The notes: a model not told the origin generated them from the letters alone. A stretch of 32,000 nucleotides of DNA from Roseateles asaccharophilus (GCF_031458115.1 NZ_JAVDXV010000006.1:382276-414275); one strand, 5' to 3'. Positions 1 through 9,195 are shown, numbered from the stretch's first letter. Program-made: numbers and translations.

Positions 1-372
1 TGGATGCTGGACCAGCGCGGCGCACCGCTGCCCGTGGGCCTGCTGAACGGCCTGGCCCACCCCAGGCTGGCACGCGCGCTGACCGCGGCGCACGCCCGTC
101 CCGGCGACGCCTGGACGCTGGAGCGGCTGGCCGCGGAAGCCGGCATGTCTCGCAGCCGCTTCGCGGAGGCCTTTCGCGAGGTTGTGGGCAGCACGCCTGC
201 CGACTACCTCGCCGACTGGCGGCTGACCATCGCGCGGGCGGAGCTGCGCGCGGGCAAGCCGCTGAAGCTGCTGGCCACCGAGCTGGGCTACGCCAATGCC
301 TCCGCGCTGAGCCGACTCTTCACCCAGCGGCACGAGGGGCTGTCGCCGCGGGCCTGGCTGCAACGCAGTTAA
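1..372 (+). CDS. AraC/XylS-family transcriptional regulator, C-terminal HTH part (5' end outside window)
   Basis: ORF 4..372 with no upstream stop. The two-HTH AraC signature is visible (WTLERLAAEAGMSRSRFAEAFREVVG...ELGYANASALSRLFTQ). Confidence 0.8.
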   Translation, partial: WMLDQRGAPLPVGLLNGLAHPRLARALTAAHARPGDAWTLERLAAEAGMSRSRFAEAFREVVGSTPADYLADWRLTIARAELRAGKPLKLLATELGYANASALSRLFTQRHEGLSPRAWLQRS

Positions 373-382
373 AGTGCGGCCC

Positions 383-727
383 ATGCGTCGCCCCGGCCGC
401 TTCCTCGTCCTCTGCCTGCTGCTCGTGCTGCTGCCTCTACGCAGCCTGCTTGCGGCCGCGCAACTGGAGTGCGCCCCGGTGCAGCCGACGCCTGCGGTCG
501 CCGGCCATGGCGACCACGAGCATCACGGCCATCACGAGGCCGATGCGCCAGCCGATGCCGACAGCTCGGCCTGCAAGCTCTGCGCGCCCTGCTGTCTGGC
601 CGCCGCGCCGCCACCGGCGCTGGTGCTGACCCCGAACATCCTGCCGGCCACACGCGTCGCGCAGGTACCGGCCGAGCGCTGGACCGGCGTCGTGCCGCCG
701 CTGCCCGACCCGCCGCCCCGGGCCTGA
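383..727 (+). CDS. Small secreted His/Cys-rich protein, putative copper-binding (CopL/DUF2946-like is a guess)
   Basis: ATG at 383 (GTG at 374 also possible). Hydrophobic signal-like N-terminus, then HGDHEHHGHHE and CKLCAPCC motifs. Sits at the head of the copper cluster. Confidence 0.5.
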   Translation: MRRPGRFLVLCLLLVLLPLRSLLAAAQLECAPVQPTPAVAGHGDHEHHGHHEADAPADADSSACKLCAPCCLAAAPPPALVLTPNILPATRVAQVPAERWTGVVPPLPDPPPRA

Positions 728-811
728 GCCTCCTGCCAACGCTGCTGTTGTTCCCGCCGCGCGCGCACTGACGCGCCCCGGCGGGCCGGTCATCCGTTCC
801 GAGAGGCTGTC

Positions 812-1066
812 ATGCCCCAACTGTTCCCCGTTGCCGGGGCGCTGCTCACCGCCTGCATCGCGTTGAGCGCCACAGCGCAACCGCGCCCCGACCCCGCCGA
901 CGCACGCGCCAAGGTGCCGCCCGTCGCCATCAAGAAGGCCCCATCGCCGCAAGCTGCAGAAGATCCACCGCCCGCCGACTGGCGCGCCGCCAACGAGCGC
1001 GTCGAACGCGTGGGCGGCTGGCGCACCTATGCCCGCGAGACGCCGCCGCAGGAGAAGAGCCAATGA
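812..1066 (+). CDS. Small exported Pro-rich protein (possible lipoprotein), unknown function
   Basis: Signal/lipobox-like LLTAC. Its stop overlaps the downstream start as ATGA at 1063-1066, suggesting translational coupling. Confidence 0.45.
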   Translation: MPQLFPVAGALLTACIALSATAQPRPDPADARAKVPPVAIKKAPSPQAAEDPPPADWRAANERVERVGGWRTYARETPPQEKSQ

Positions 1067-2436
1067 AGCGCACCCTGCATTTGACCGCGCTGGCGCTGGC
1101 GCTGACCGGCTGCGCCAGCCTGACGCCCGGTGACGAAGTCACCGACGTCAGCCGTCTGACCCAGCCCCACACCGGCCAGACCCTGGCGCTGGAGCCACTG
1201 CCGGCGGACACGCTCGCGGCGCGGCTGCGCGAACCGCTGACCGCCGACGCCGCCGTGCAGCTGGCGCTGCAGAACAGCCGTGCGCTGCAGGCCCGTCTTG
1301 CCCGGCTGGGCGTAACGGCCGCCGAGGTCGATGCGGCCAGCCGCCTGCCCAACCCCGGCTTCAGCTTCAGCCGCCTCACGCGTGGCGACGAGGTGGAGCT
1401 GGAGCGTGGCTGGCACTTCAACCTGGCCCGGCTGCTGACGCTACCGCTGGTGCGCCAAGCCGAGCAGCGCCGCCTGCAGGCCGAGCAGCAGCAGGCCGCC
1501 GCCGACGTGCTGGCGCTGGCTGCGGACGCACGCCGCGCCTGGGTCAGCGCCGTGGCCGCCGAGGAGACGCTGACCTACCGCCGCCAGGTGCTGGAAGCCG
1601 CCGACGCCGGTGCCGAGTTGGCCCGGCGCATGCAGGCCGTCGGCAACTTCAACGCGCTGGCGCGCGCTCGTGAGCAGGGATTCGCGGCCGAAGCCCGGCT
1701 CGCGCTCGCCCGCGCCGAGAACCAGCGCCTGGCGACTCGCGAGCGCCTCGTTCGGCTGCTGGGGCTGTGGGGCGCCGACGCTGCGGCACTGCGGCTGCCC
1801 GAGCGCCTGCCTGCCTTGCCCGCCGCCGCGCGCGAGCAGCCCGACATCGAAACGCTGGCCCTGGCTCAGCGCCTGGATGTGCAGGCCGCGCGGCTGCGGC
1901 TGGAGCAAGCGGGGCGCCAGCTGGACGCAGGCCACATCAACCGCTTCGTGTCCATGCTGGAACTGGGCGTGGCGCACAACTCGTCCAACGAGGCGCCGGT
2001 GCAGCGCGGCTGGGAGGTCACGCTGGAGCTGCCGCTGTTCGGCCCCGGCCCCTTGCCACGCGCGCAGGCGTTGGCCCGCGAGGCGGCACACGACGCCGCC
2101 GACACCGCCATCCGTGCCCGCTCCGAGGTGCGCGAGGCCTACGGCCTGTACCGCGGCGCCTGGGACATCGCACGCCAGCACCGCGACGAACTGCTGCCGC
2201 TGGCCCAGCGCATCTCCGACGAACAGCTGCTGCGCTACAACGGCATGCTGATCGGCGTCTTCGAGCTGCTGGCCGACGCCCGCGCGCAAGTGGCCGCCGT
2301 GGCCGCCGCGCAGGACGCGCTGCGCGACTTCTGGCTGGCCCAGGCGGACCTGGACCAGGCCCTGCTGGGCCGCGCGTCCCCCACCCTGCCCCAGGCCGGT
2401 GCTGCTCCCGCCGCCGCTGCGGCGGCTCCCCACTGA
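1063..2436 (+). CDS. Outer-membrane efflux lipoprotein, TolC/CusC/OprM family
   Basis: Lipobox LALTGCAS, 457 aa, two-repeat alpha-helical Ala/Leu/Arg/Gln-rich pattern typical of OM factors. Confidence 0.85.
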   Translation: MKRTLHLTALALALTGCASLTPGDEVTDVSRLTQPHTGQTLALEPLPADTLAARLREPLTADAAVQLALQNSRALQARLARLGVTAAEVDAASRLPNPGFSFSRLTRGDEVELERGWHFNLARLLTLPLVRQAEQRRLQAEQQQAAADVLALAADARRAWVSAVAAEETLTYRRQVLEAADAGAELARRMQAVGNFNALARAREQGFAAEARLALARAENQRLATRERLVRLLGLWGADAAALRLPERLPALPAAAREQPDIETLALAQRLDVQAARLRLEQAGRQLDAGHINRFVSMLELGVAHNSSNEAPVQRGWEVTLELPLFGPGPLPRAQALAREAAHDAADTAIRARSEVREAYGLYRGAWDIARQHRDELLPLAQRISDEQLLRYNGMLIGVFELLADARAQVAAVAAAQDALRDFWLAQADLDQALLGRASPTLPQAGAAPAAAAAAPH

Positions 2437-2452
2437 ATTGCAAGGACACCTG

Positions 2453-3826
2453 ATGTTCAACCGACGTTCCCTGCTCGCGGGATCGACGCTGGCGTCGCTG
2501 GCCGCCGTCTCCAAGGCATCGCTCGCCGCGCTGCCCGAGCCGGTCATCCAGACCTCGCCCGACACGCAAGCCCCGCTCGTCCCGCCCACCGGGCGGCCCT
2601 ACAACCCCGTCGTCACGCTGAACGGCTGGACCTGCCCCTGGCGCATGAAGGACGGCGTCAAGGAGTTCCACCTCGTCGCCGAGCCGGTCGTGCGCGAGAT
2701 GGCACCCGGCTTCAAGGCCCACCTGTGGGGCTACAACGGTCAGAGCCCCGGCCCCACCATCGAGGTCGTCGAAGGCGACCGCGTGCGCCTCTACGTGACC
2801 AACCGTCTGCCTGAAGTCACCAGCATGCACTGGCACGGCCAACGCCTGCCCAACGGCATGGACGGCGTGTCCGGCCTGACGCAGCCGGCCGTCCCGCCCG
2901 GCAAGACCTGGGTCTACGAGTTCGTCGCGCGCCGCCCCGGCACCTTCATGTACCACCCGCATGCCGACGAGATGGTGCAGATGGCGATGGGCATGATGGG
3001 CTTGTGGATCACGCATCCCAAGGCGAAGCATCCGCACATCGCCGAGGTGGACCGCGACTACGCCTTCCTGCTCAATGCCTATGACATCGAGCCCGGCAGC
3101 GCGACGCCCAAGATCATGACCATGCTGGACTTCAATCTGTGGAGCTGGAACAGCCGCGTGTTCCCGGGCATCTCGCCGCTGGTGGCGCGCCAGGGCGACC
3201 GGGTACGCCTGCGAGTGGGCAACCTGACGATGACCAACCATCCCATCCACATCCACGGCCACGAGTTCGAGGTCACGGGCACGGATGGCGGCCCGGTGCC
3301 CAAGACAGCACGCTGGCCCGAGGTGACGGTCGACATCGCGGTCGGCCAGATGCGGCAGATGGAGTTCATCGCCGACGAGGAAGGCGACTGGGCCTTCCAC
3401 TGCCACAAGGCCCACCACACGATGAATGCGATGGGCCACGACGTGCCCACGATGATCGGCGTGGATCACAGCGGCCTGGCCGCCAAGATCCGCAAGCTGG
3501 TGCCGGACTACATGCTCATGGGCGAGCGCGGCATGCACGACATGACAGAGATGAGCATGCCGCTGCCCGACAACACCGCCCCCATGATGGCCGGAGAAGG
3601 CCCGTTCGGCCCGGTGGCGATGGGCGGCATGTTCAGCATGCTCAAAGTGAGGCGCGGCTTGAAGCGCGGCGACTACACCGACCCCGGCTGGTTCCAGCAT
3701 CCGCCCGGCACCGTCGCCCACGAGGTGGGCGATGCCCCGGCCGCCGCCAAGGCGGCGGCGCCCACGCCGCGCGCCTCGGATGTCGAGGTGCAGGTTCGCA
3801 AGCCGCAAGGCCATCACAACCATTGA
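2453..3826 (+). CDS. Multicopper oxidase (copper-resistance CopA/PcoA-like), Tat-exported
   Basis: ATG 2453 after AAGGA. Tat motif NRRSLL. Copper-ligand motifs HWHG, YHPH, HPIHIHGHEF, HCHKAHH, and a Met-rich C-terminal stretch. Confidence 0.9.
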   Translation: MFNRRSLLAGSTLASLAAVSKASLAALPEPVIQTSPDTQAPLVPPTGRPYNPVVTLNGWTCPWRMKDGVKEFHLVAEPVVREMAPGFKAHLWGYNGQSPGPTIEVVEGDRVRLYVTNRLPEVTSMHWHGQRLPNGMDGVSGLTQPAVPPGKTWVYEFVARRPGTFMYHPHADEMVQMAMGMMGLWITHPKAKHPHIAEVDRDYAFLLNAYDIEPGSATPKIMTMLDFNLWSWNSRVFPGISPLVARQGDRVRLRVGNLTMTNHPIHIHGHEFEVTGTDGGPVPKTARWPEVTVDIAVGQMRQMEFIADEEGDWAFHCHKAHHTMNAMGHDVPTMIGVDHSGLAAKIRKLVPDYMLMGERGMHDMTEMSMPLPDNTAPMMAGEGPFGPVAMGGMFSMLKVRRGLKRGDYTDPGWFQHPPGTVAHEVGDAPAAAKAAAPTPRASDVEVQVRKPQGHHNH

Positions 3827-3833
3827 GACCGCG

Positions 3834-4316
3834 ATGAAACACATCATTACCGCCCTCGCGCTGGCCCTCGCCGGAGCCGGCGCACACGCCCATGGAGACC
3901 ATGCCGCCAGCGCCCCCGCCGCCGTCAGGAAGGAACAGAAACCCTGGGGCGTCGCTGGCGAGCGCCGTGCCGCCCAGCGCACCGTCAACATCGCGATGAG
4001 CGATGACATGCGCTTCACGCCGTCGCGCATCGAGGTGCGTCAGGGCGAGACGATCCGGCTGGTGATGCGCAACACCGGCGCCGTGCTGCACGAACTGGTC
4101 ATCGGCACGCAGAAGGAACTGGAAGCACATGCGGCGCAGATGCTGAAGTTTCCCGGCATGGAGCACGACGAGCCCTACATGGCCCACGTGAAACCGGGCC
4201 AGACCGGCGAGATCGTCTGGACCTTCAACCGGGCAGGCGAGTTCGACTTCGCCTGCCTCATCGCCGGCCACTTCCAGGCCGGCATGCGCGGCAAGTTCAT
4301 CGTCCGCGCCCACTGA
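3834..4316 (+). CDS. Cupredoxin/plastocyanin-like periplasmic copper-binding protein
   Basis: Internal ATG 3834 gives a signal peptide MKHIITALALALAGAGAHA. C-terminal FACLIAGHFQAGMRG matches a type-1 Cu site (C..H..M). Confidence 0.8.
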   Translation: MKHIITALALALAGAGAHAHGDHAASAPAAVRKEQKPWGVAGERRAAQRTVNIAMSDDMRFTPSRIEVRQGETIRLVMRNTGAVLHELVIGTQKELEAHAAQMLKFPGMEHDEPYMAHVKPGQTGEIVWTFNRAGEFDFACLIAGHFQAGMRGKFIVRAH

Positions 4317-4333
4317 ATCAAGGAGACCCACTC

Positions 4334-4648
4334 ATGAAGAACCTGCTTCTCTGCGCCGCGCTGCTGGCCGCACCCATCCTGTCCCTGGCCATGGAGCCGC
4401 CGGCCGCTGCGGCATCCGCCGCGGACGCCATGACGGACGCCGAAGTGCGCAAGGTGGACCTGGCCGCGGCCAAGGTCACGCTTCGCCATGCCGAGATCAA
4501 GTCACTGGACATGCCGGCGATGACCATGGTCTTCCAGGCCCGCGACAAGAAGCTGCTGGACGGCCTCAAGGTCGGCGACAAGGTGCGCTTCAAGGCGGCC
4601 CACGAAGGTGGGCAGTTTGTCGTGACCGCCATTGAGCCACGACGCTGA
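4334..4648 (+). CDS. CusF-like periplasmic Cu(I)-binding protein
   Basis: AGGAG RBS, signal peptide, and the motif VTLRHAEIKSLDMPAMTMVF typical of CusF/copper-binding OB-fold proteins. Confidence 0.8.
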   Translation: MKNLLLCAALLAAPILSLAMEPPAAAASAADAMTDAEVRKVDLAAAKVTLRHAEIKSLDMPAMTMVFQARDKKLLDGLKVGDKVRFKAAHEGGQFVVTAIEPRR

Positions 4649-4719
4649 GCCCGGCGGGCGCCTCGCTTCGTCGTACCCTGGCGGCTGTCGCACCGCGAGG
4701 TCAACGCAAGGACGCGCCC

Positions 4720-4947
4720 ATGGATATCTCTTCGAAAATCGCCGCGCTCGAGGCAACCGATCTGGTCTTGATCAGTTGCATCGGCGCGCTCATGTCCAGC
4801 ATCGGCTCCAAGGAACTGCTGGAGCAGTGCGCCAAGAACATGGAGAACATGGCCGCGCACCTGCTGCAGTCCGAGGACGAGAAGAAGCTGCAGTTGTTCC
4901 TCGACCTGAAGGACCAGTTGCTGGCGCAGTGGGGGATGAAGGGCTGA
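4720..4947 (+). CDS. Hypothetical small helical protein
   Basis: 75-aa ORF with host-like GC3-rich codons, AAGGA upstream and a terminator downstream. No recognisable motif. Confidence 0.5.
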   Translation: MDISSKIAALEATDLVLISCIGALMSSIGSKELLEQCAKNMENMAAHLLQSEDEKKLQLFLDLKDQLLAQWGMKG

Positions 4948-4962
4948 ACGCAGGCCCCAACG

Positions 4963-4988
4963 AAAAAGCCCGCACGAGGCGGGCTTTC
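4963..4988. terminator. Bidirectional rho-independent terminator
   Basis: AAAAA-GCCCGC-ACGAG-GCGGGC-TTT hairpin between the convergent 75-aa ORF and tRNA-Ser. Confidence 0.7.
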
Positions 4989-5013
4989 AAGACCTTGGGT
5001 CGAAACAAGGATT

Positions 5014-5104
<91 letters not shown>

Positions 5105-5168
5105 TGAATTCGGATTCGGCTAGAGCGAAGCCTCGCATTGTAGCCGGATTTTTCGACTCCGCCAGAAA

Positions 5169-6473
<1,305 letters not shown>

Positions 6474-6535
6474 TCAGAAATCGAACATGAAAACGGCGCC
6501 GATGTCAGCGCCGCCGGATGCATGAGGCACCGGCT

Positions 6536-7516
6536 TCAAGATCGAGAGGCGCTCACCTCGGCCATGGACTTGTCGCCCAGGCCCATGGGCAGCGGGAAGC
6601 GCACATGCTCTTCCACGCCCGGCAGGCTGCGCACCGTGGTGGCGCCCAGCGCGCGCAGGCGGTCGATGACGGCCTGCACCAGCACGTCGGGTGCCGAGGC
6701 GCCGGCCGTCAGGCCCACGCGCGGGCGGCCTTCCACCCACTCGGCCTTCAGGTCCTCGGCGGCGTCCACCATGTAGCCGGGCGTGCCCAGGCGCTCGGCC
6801 AGTTCGCGCAGGCGGTTGCTGTTGGAGCTGGTGGGGCTGCCGACGACGATGACCACGTCCACCTGCGGCGCCAGCACCTTGACGGCGTCCTGGCGGTTCT
6901 GCGTGGCGTAGCAGATGTCCTGCTTCTTGGGCTCGCGCACTTGCGGGAACACGCGCTTCACCTCGGCCAGGATCTCGGCGGCGTCATCCACGCTCAGCGT
7001 GGTCTGCGTGACGACTGCCAGCTTGGTCTGGTCTTTCACCTGGACCTTGGCCACGTCCTCGACCTCTTCCACGAGGAAGATGCCGTCCGACAGCTGGCCC
7101 ATCGTGCCTTCGACCTCGGGGTGGCCCTTGTGGCCGATCATGATGAACTCGAAGCCCTCGCGGTGCAGCTTGGCCACTTCCACATGGACCTTGGTGACCA
7201 ACGGGCAGGTTGCGTCGAACACCTGGAAGCCGCGCGCGGCGGCCTCGCGGCGCACCTCCTGGCTGACGCCATGGGCGCTGAACACCAGCGTGGCGCCGGC
7301 CGGCACATCGGCCAGGTCCTCGATGAAGATGGCGCCGCGCGACTTCAGGTCGTTGACGACATAAGTGTTGTGCACGATCTCGTGGCGCACGTAGATGGGC
7401 GCGCCGAACTTGATCAGCGCGCGCTCGACGATCTCGATGGCGCGGTCCACGCCGGCGCAGAAGCCGCGCGGCTCGGCCAGCAGCACTTCCTGGAGATTCA
7501 CGGCGGCTTCCATCAC
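6536..7516 (-). CDS. ispH: 4-hydroxy-3-methylbut-2-enyl diphosphate reductase
   Basis: 326 aa with [25 protein letters not shown] and the typical IspH/LytB layout. Coupled to the upstream fkpB by an ATGA overlap. Confidence 0.95.
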   Translation of the reverse strand: MMEAAVNLQEVLLAEPRGFCAGVDRAIEIVERALIKFGAPIYVRHEIVHNTYVVNDLKSRGAIFIEDLADVPAGATLVFSAHGVSQEVRREAAARGFQVFDATCPLVTKVHVEVAKLHREGFEFIMIGHKGHPEVEGTMGQLSDGIFLVEEVEDVAKVQVKDQTKLAVVTQTTLSVDDAAEILAEVKRVFPQVREPKKQDICYATQNRQDAVKVLAPQVDVVIVVGSPTSSNSNRLRELAERLGTPGYMVDAAEDLKAEWVEGRPRVGLTAGASAPDVLVQAVIDRLRALGATTVRSLPGVEEHVRFPLPMGLGDKSMAEVSASRS

Positions 7517-7956
7517 AACACCCCGATCACTTGCACCTCGAAGCTGACCGGCTGGCCCGCGAGAGGGTGGTTGAAGTCGAACAGCACCGCCTCGTCCCCC
7601 AGCTCGCGCACGATGCCGGCATAGCCGCCCTGCCCGTCCGGACCGGGGAACTGCACGACATCGCCGACGTTGTAGACCTCGTCCGGGTCACCCAGCTGGC
7701 GCAGCAGCGTCAGCTTCACGCGCTGCAGCAGCTCGGGGTTGCGCTCGCCGAAGGCTTCGCCGGGCGCCAGCGTGAAACGCTCGTGCGCGCCCTCGGGCAG
7801 GCCGATCAGGCGCGCCTCGATGGCCGGCGACAGCTGGCCGGTGCCCAGGGACAGCGTGGCGGGCTTGTCGTCGAAGGTGTTGACGATGTCGGCACCGTCC
7901 GGGCCCGAGAGCCGGTAATGCAGAGTCAGGAAGGACCCGGCCTGGATGGGGTTCAT
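7513..7956 (-). CDS. fkpB: FKBP-type peptidyl-prolyl cis-trans isomerase
   Basis: 147 aa with LHYRLS...[18 protein letters not shown], typical of SlpA/FkpB. The position upstream of ispH matches the known fkpB-ispH arrangement. Confidence 0.8.
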   Translation of the reverse strand: MNPIQAGSFLTLHYRLSGPDGADIVNTFDDKPATLSLGTGQLSPAIEARLIGLPEGAHERFTLAPGEAFGERNPELLQRVKLTLLRQLGDPDEVYNVGDVVQFPGPDGQGGYAGIVRELGDEAVLFDFNHPLAGQPVSFEVQVIGVL

Positions 7957-7996
7957 GCGAGAGAAGAAGACGCTTGGCTAGACTGGCGCCGATTTT

Positions 7997-8441
7997 ATGT
8001 CGCTGACCCATCTGCCCCCCGACGCCCGTCCGCGCGAGAAACTGCTCGCCCGCGGCCCACAGGCGCTGGCGGAGCCGAGCTGCTGGCGTTGCTGCTGCGC
8101 ACGGGGCTCAAGGGCATGCCCGTGCTGCAGCTGGCGCAGAGCCTGCTGGACCGCTTCGACGGCTGGGCCGGGCTGCTGGCGGCCAGCGTGCAAGACCTCG
8201 GCAAGGTCAAGGGTCTGGGGCCTGCCAAGCGGGCGGAGATCGCCGCCGTGCTGGAGATTGCGCGGCGCTCGCTGAACCAGCAGCTGGCCGAGAAGCCGGC
8301 AATGAACGACAGCGACACGGTGAAGACTTATCTGCGCCTGCACCTGGGCGGGCTGGGACACGAGGTGTTCGCGGTGCTGTTCCTGGATTCGCAGCTCAAG
8401 CTCATCGCGATGGAGACGCTGTTCCAGGGCACGCTGGCATC
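7997..8441 (+). pseudogene. radC: radC (RadC/YicR JAB-domain family) 5' fragment, interrupted by the prophage and also frameshifted near 8068-8072
   Basis: Frame 2 gives MSLTHLPPDARPREKLLARGPQALA. Frame 1 continues ..AELLALLLRTGLKG...EVFAVLFLDSQLKLIAMETLFQGTLAS. The homology stops at 8441. Confidence 0.85.
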
Positions 8442-8464
8442 GATCAGCGTGCTGTATTTGCGGA
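8442..8464. repeat. Left terminal inverted repeat (attL, phage-derived P' arm)
   Basis: GATCAGCGTGCTGTATTTGCGGA is the reverse complement of 20680-20702 with one mismatch. It is preceded by TC (8440-8441). Confidence 0.8.
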
Positions 8465-8498
8465 AATCGTGGCCTCCGCTCCGTGCGGCGTTACGGAG

Positions 8499-8529
8499 AA
8501 TTATGTGAATCTACATAATTATGTGAATC
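8499..8529 (+). repeat. Tandem direct repeat AATTATGTGAATC x2 (18-bp register) in an AT-rich patch
   Basis: Exact 13-mers at 8499-8511 and 8517-8529. Confidence 0.8.
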
Positions 8530-8544
8530 AGCATAACGCCTCGT

Positions 8545-8783
8545 AATGACGCACTGAGCGGCCCGCGGCAGGCGACAGCCCGCAGGGCAGTGACTCGCGG
8601 CCGCAGGCCGCTCCCCGCCGGTACGGCAGTGACTCTGATTGCGGCCGCTCAGCCTTTGCCGGAGGCAATGACTCTCAGCCCGCCGCAGGCGGGCTGCCAG
8701 GAATCATCCAGTGACTCGCCCCGCCGGCCAGGCGCCGCCGGAGGCGTGACTCTCGAAAACGCCCTTCCCTGCAGGTCGTTTTC
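8545..8783 (+). repeat. Periodic array of (G/A)TGACTC cores, each followed by a GC-rich hairpin (putative ori/packaging/iteron region)
   Basis: Cores at 8590, 8629, 8668, 8711 and 8746 (spacings 39, 39, 43, 35), plus a degenerate ATGACGC at 8546. Hairpins include 8597-8611, 8676-8696 and 8755-8783. Confidence 0.75.
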
Positions 8784-8809
8784 CACCCCTTCGATATCAG
8801 CGCCCCGCG

Positions 8810-8820
8810 CGCTATACAGG
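8810..8820 (+). promoter_or_regulatory. CGCTATACAGG motif, copy 1 (candidate phage promoter element upstream of the g5p operon)
   Basis: Same motif at 12141, 14911 and 16691, each upstream of a plus-strand phage gene or operon. Confidence 0.35.
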
Positions 8821-8955
8821 TTCAAGGGGGCCTTGAAAACAACAACAAGGTTCTGGGGCGCACCTTCCCCACTGTGAAGGTCGCCGGCGCGGCTCCAGCT
8901 CGCCCCCGGCCTACGCCGCAACTTCAACAACAACCGCTATTCCAAGGGGGAAATC

Positions 8956-9195
8956 ATGCTCAAAGTCGTCGTCTATCAAGCCCGCACCGCTCGTTCTGAA
9001 AAGACCGGTAAGGACTACGTCAGTCAGACCGTCGAAATCGTTCAGTCGCCTGATCGGCCGAACGTCACGATGCGTCGCTTCGCTAAGTCTGAAGCTGAGG
9101 CGCTCAAGCCCGGGCAGTACACCTGCAAAGTGTCCTTCTTCAACAAAGGACTTGACCTGTCGCAGTCGTTCTACGACTTCCAGCCTGCGAAGTAA
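8956..9195 (+). CDS. ssDNA-binding protein, Ff g5p-like
   Basis: 79 aa with AAGGGGG RBS. It starts MLKV.. and ends ..PGQYTCKVSFFNKG...FQPAK, paralleling M13 g5p as I recall it (MIKV...PGLYTVHLSSFKVG...LVPAK). Confidence 0.7.
   Translation: MLKVVVYQARTARSEKTGKDYVSQTVEIVQSPDRPNVTMRRFAKSEAEALKPGQYTCKVSFFNKGLDLSQSFYDFQPAK

Noticed and set aside
2018-4030. 670-aa minus-strand ORF antisense to the multicopper oxidase and outer-membrane protein genes
   Set aside because: It has the Arg/Ala/Gly/Pro-rich low-complexity composition typical of antisense frames in high-GC DNA. The plus strand carries unmistakable oxidase motifs.
8446-8463. Alternative crossover at the central TA of AGCGTGCTG-TA-TTTGCGG, with attB itself being a long palindrome
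   Set aside because: This would require native radC to encode ..[20 protein letters not shown].., about 11 residues longer than the RadC spacing I recall. It would also require the host gene to contain a near-perfect 26-bp palindrome. The TC-flanked model restores the expected spacing. An empty-site sequence is still needed to settle it.
7531-8508. 325-aa plus-strand ORF
   Set aside because: It is a chimera. Its first ~150 codons are antisense to fkpB, the middle is the real radC frame downstream of the frameshift, and the last ~20 codons read into the prophage left end.
8545-8783. Possible CRISPR array, because of the ~39-bp periodicity
   Set aside because: The conserved unit is only about 7-11 bp, whereas CRISPR repeats are 24-48 bp. 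The spacers are themselves palindromic, there are no cas genes, and the array lies inside a phage intergenic region.
8590-8933. ORFs 8590..8877 (+) and 8649..8933 (-) in the left non-coding region
   Set aside because: They run straight through the GTGACTC/hairpin array, have no RBS and have low-complexity Pro/Ala/Gly-rich products. The region is better explained as cis-acting DNA.
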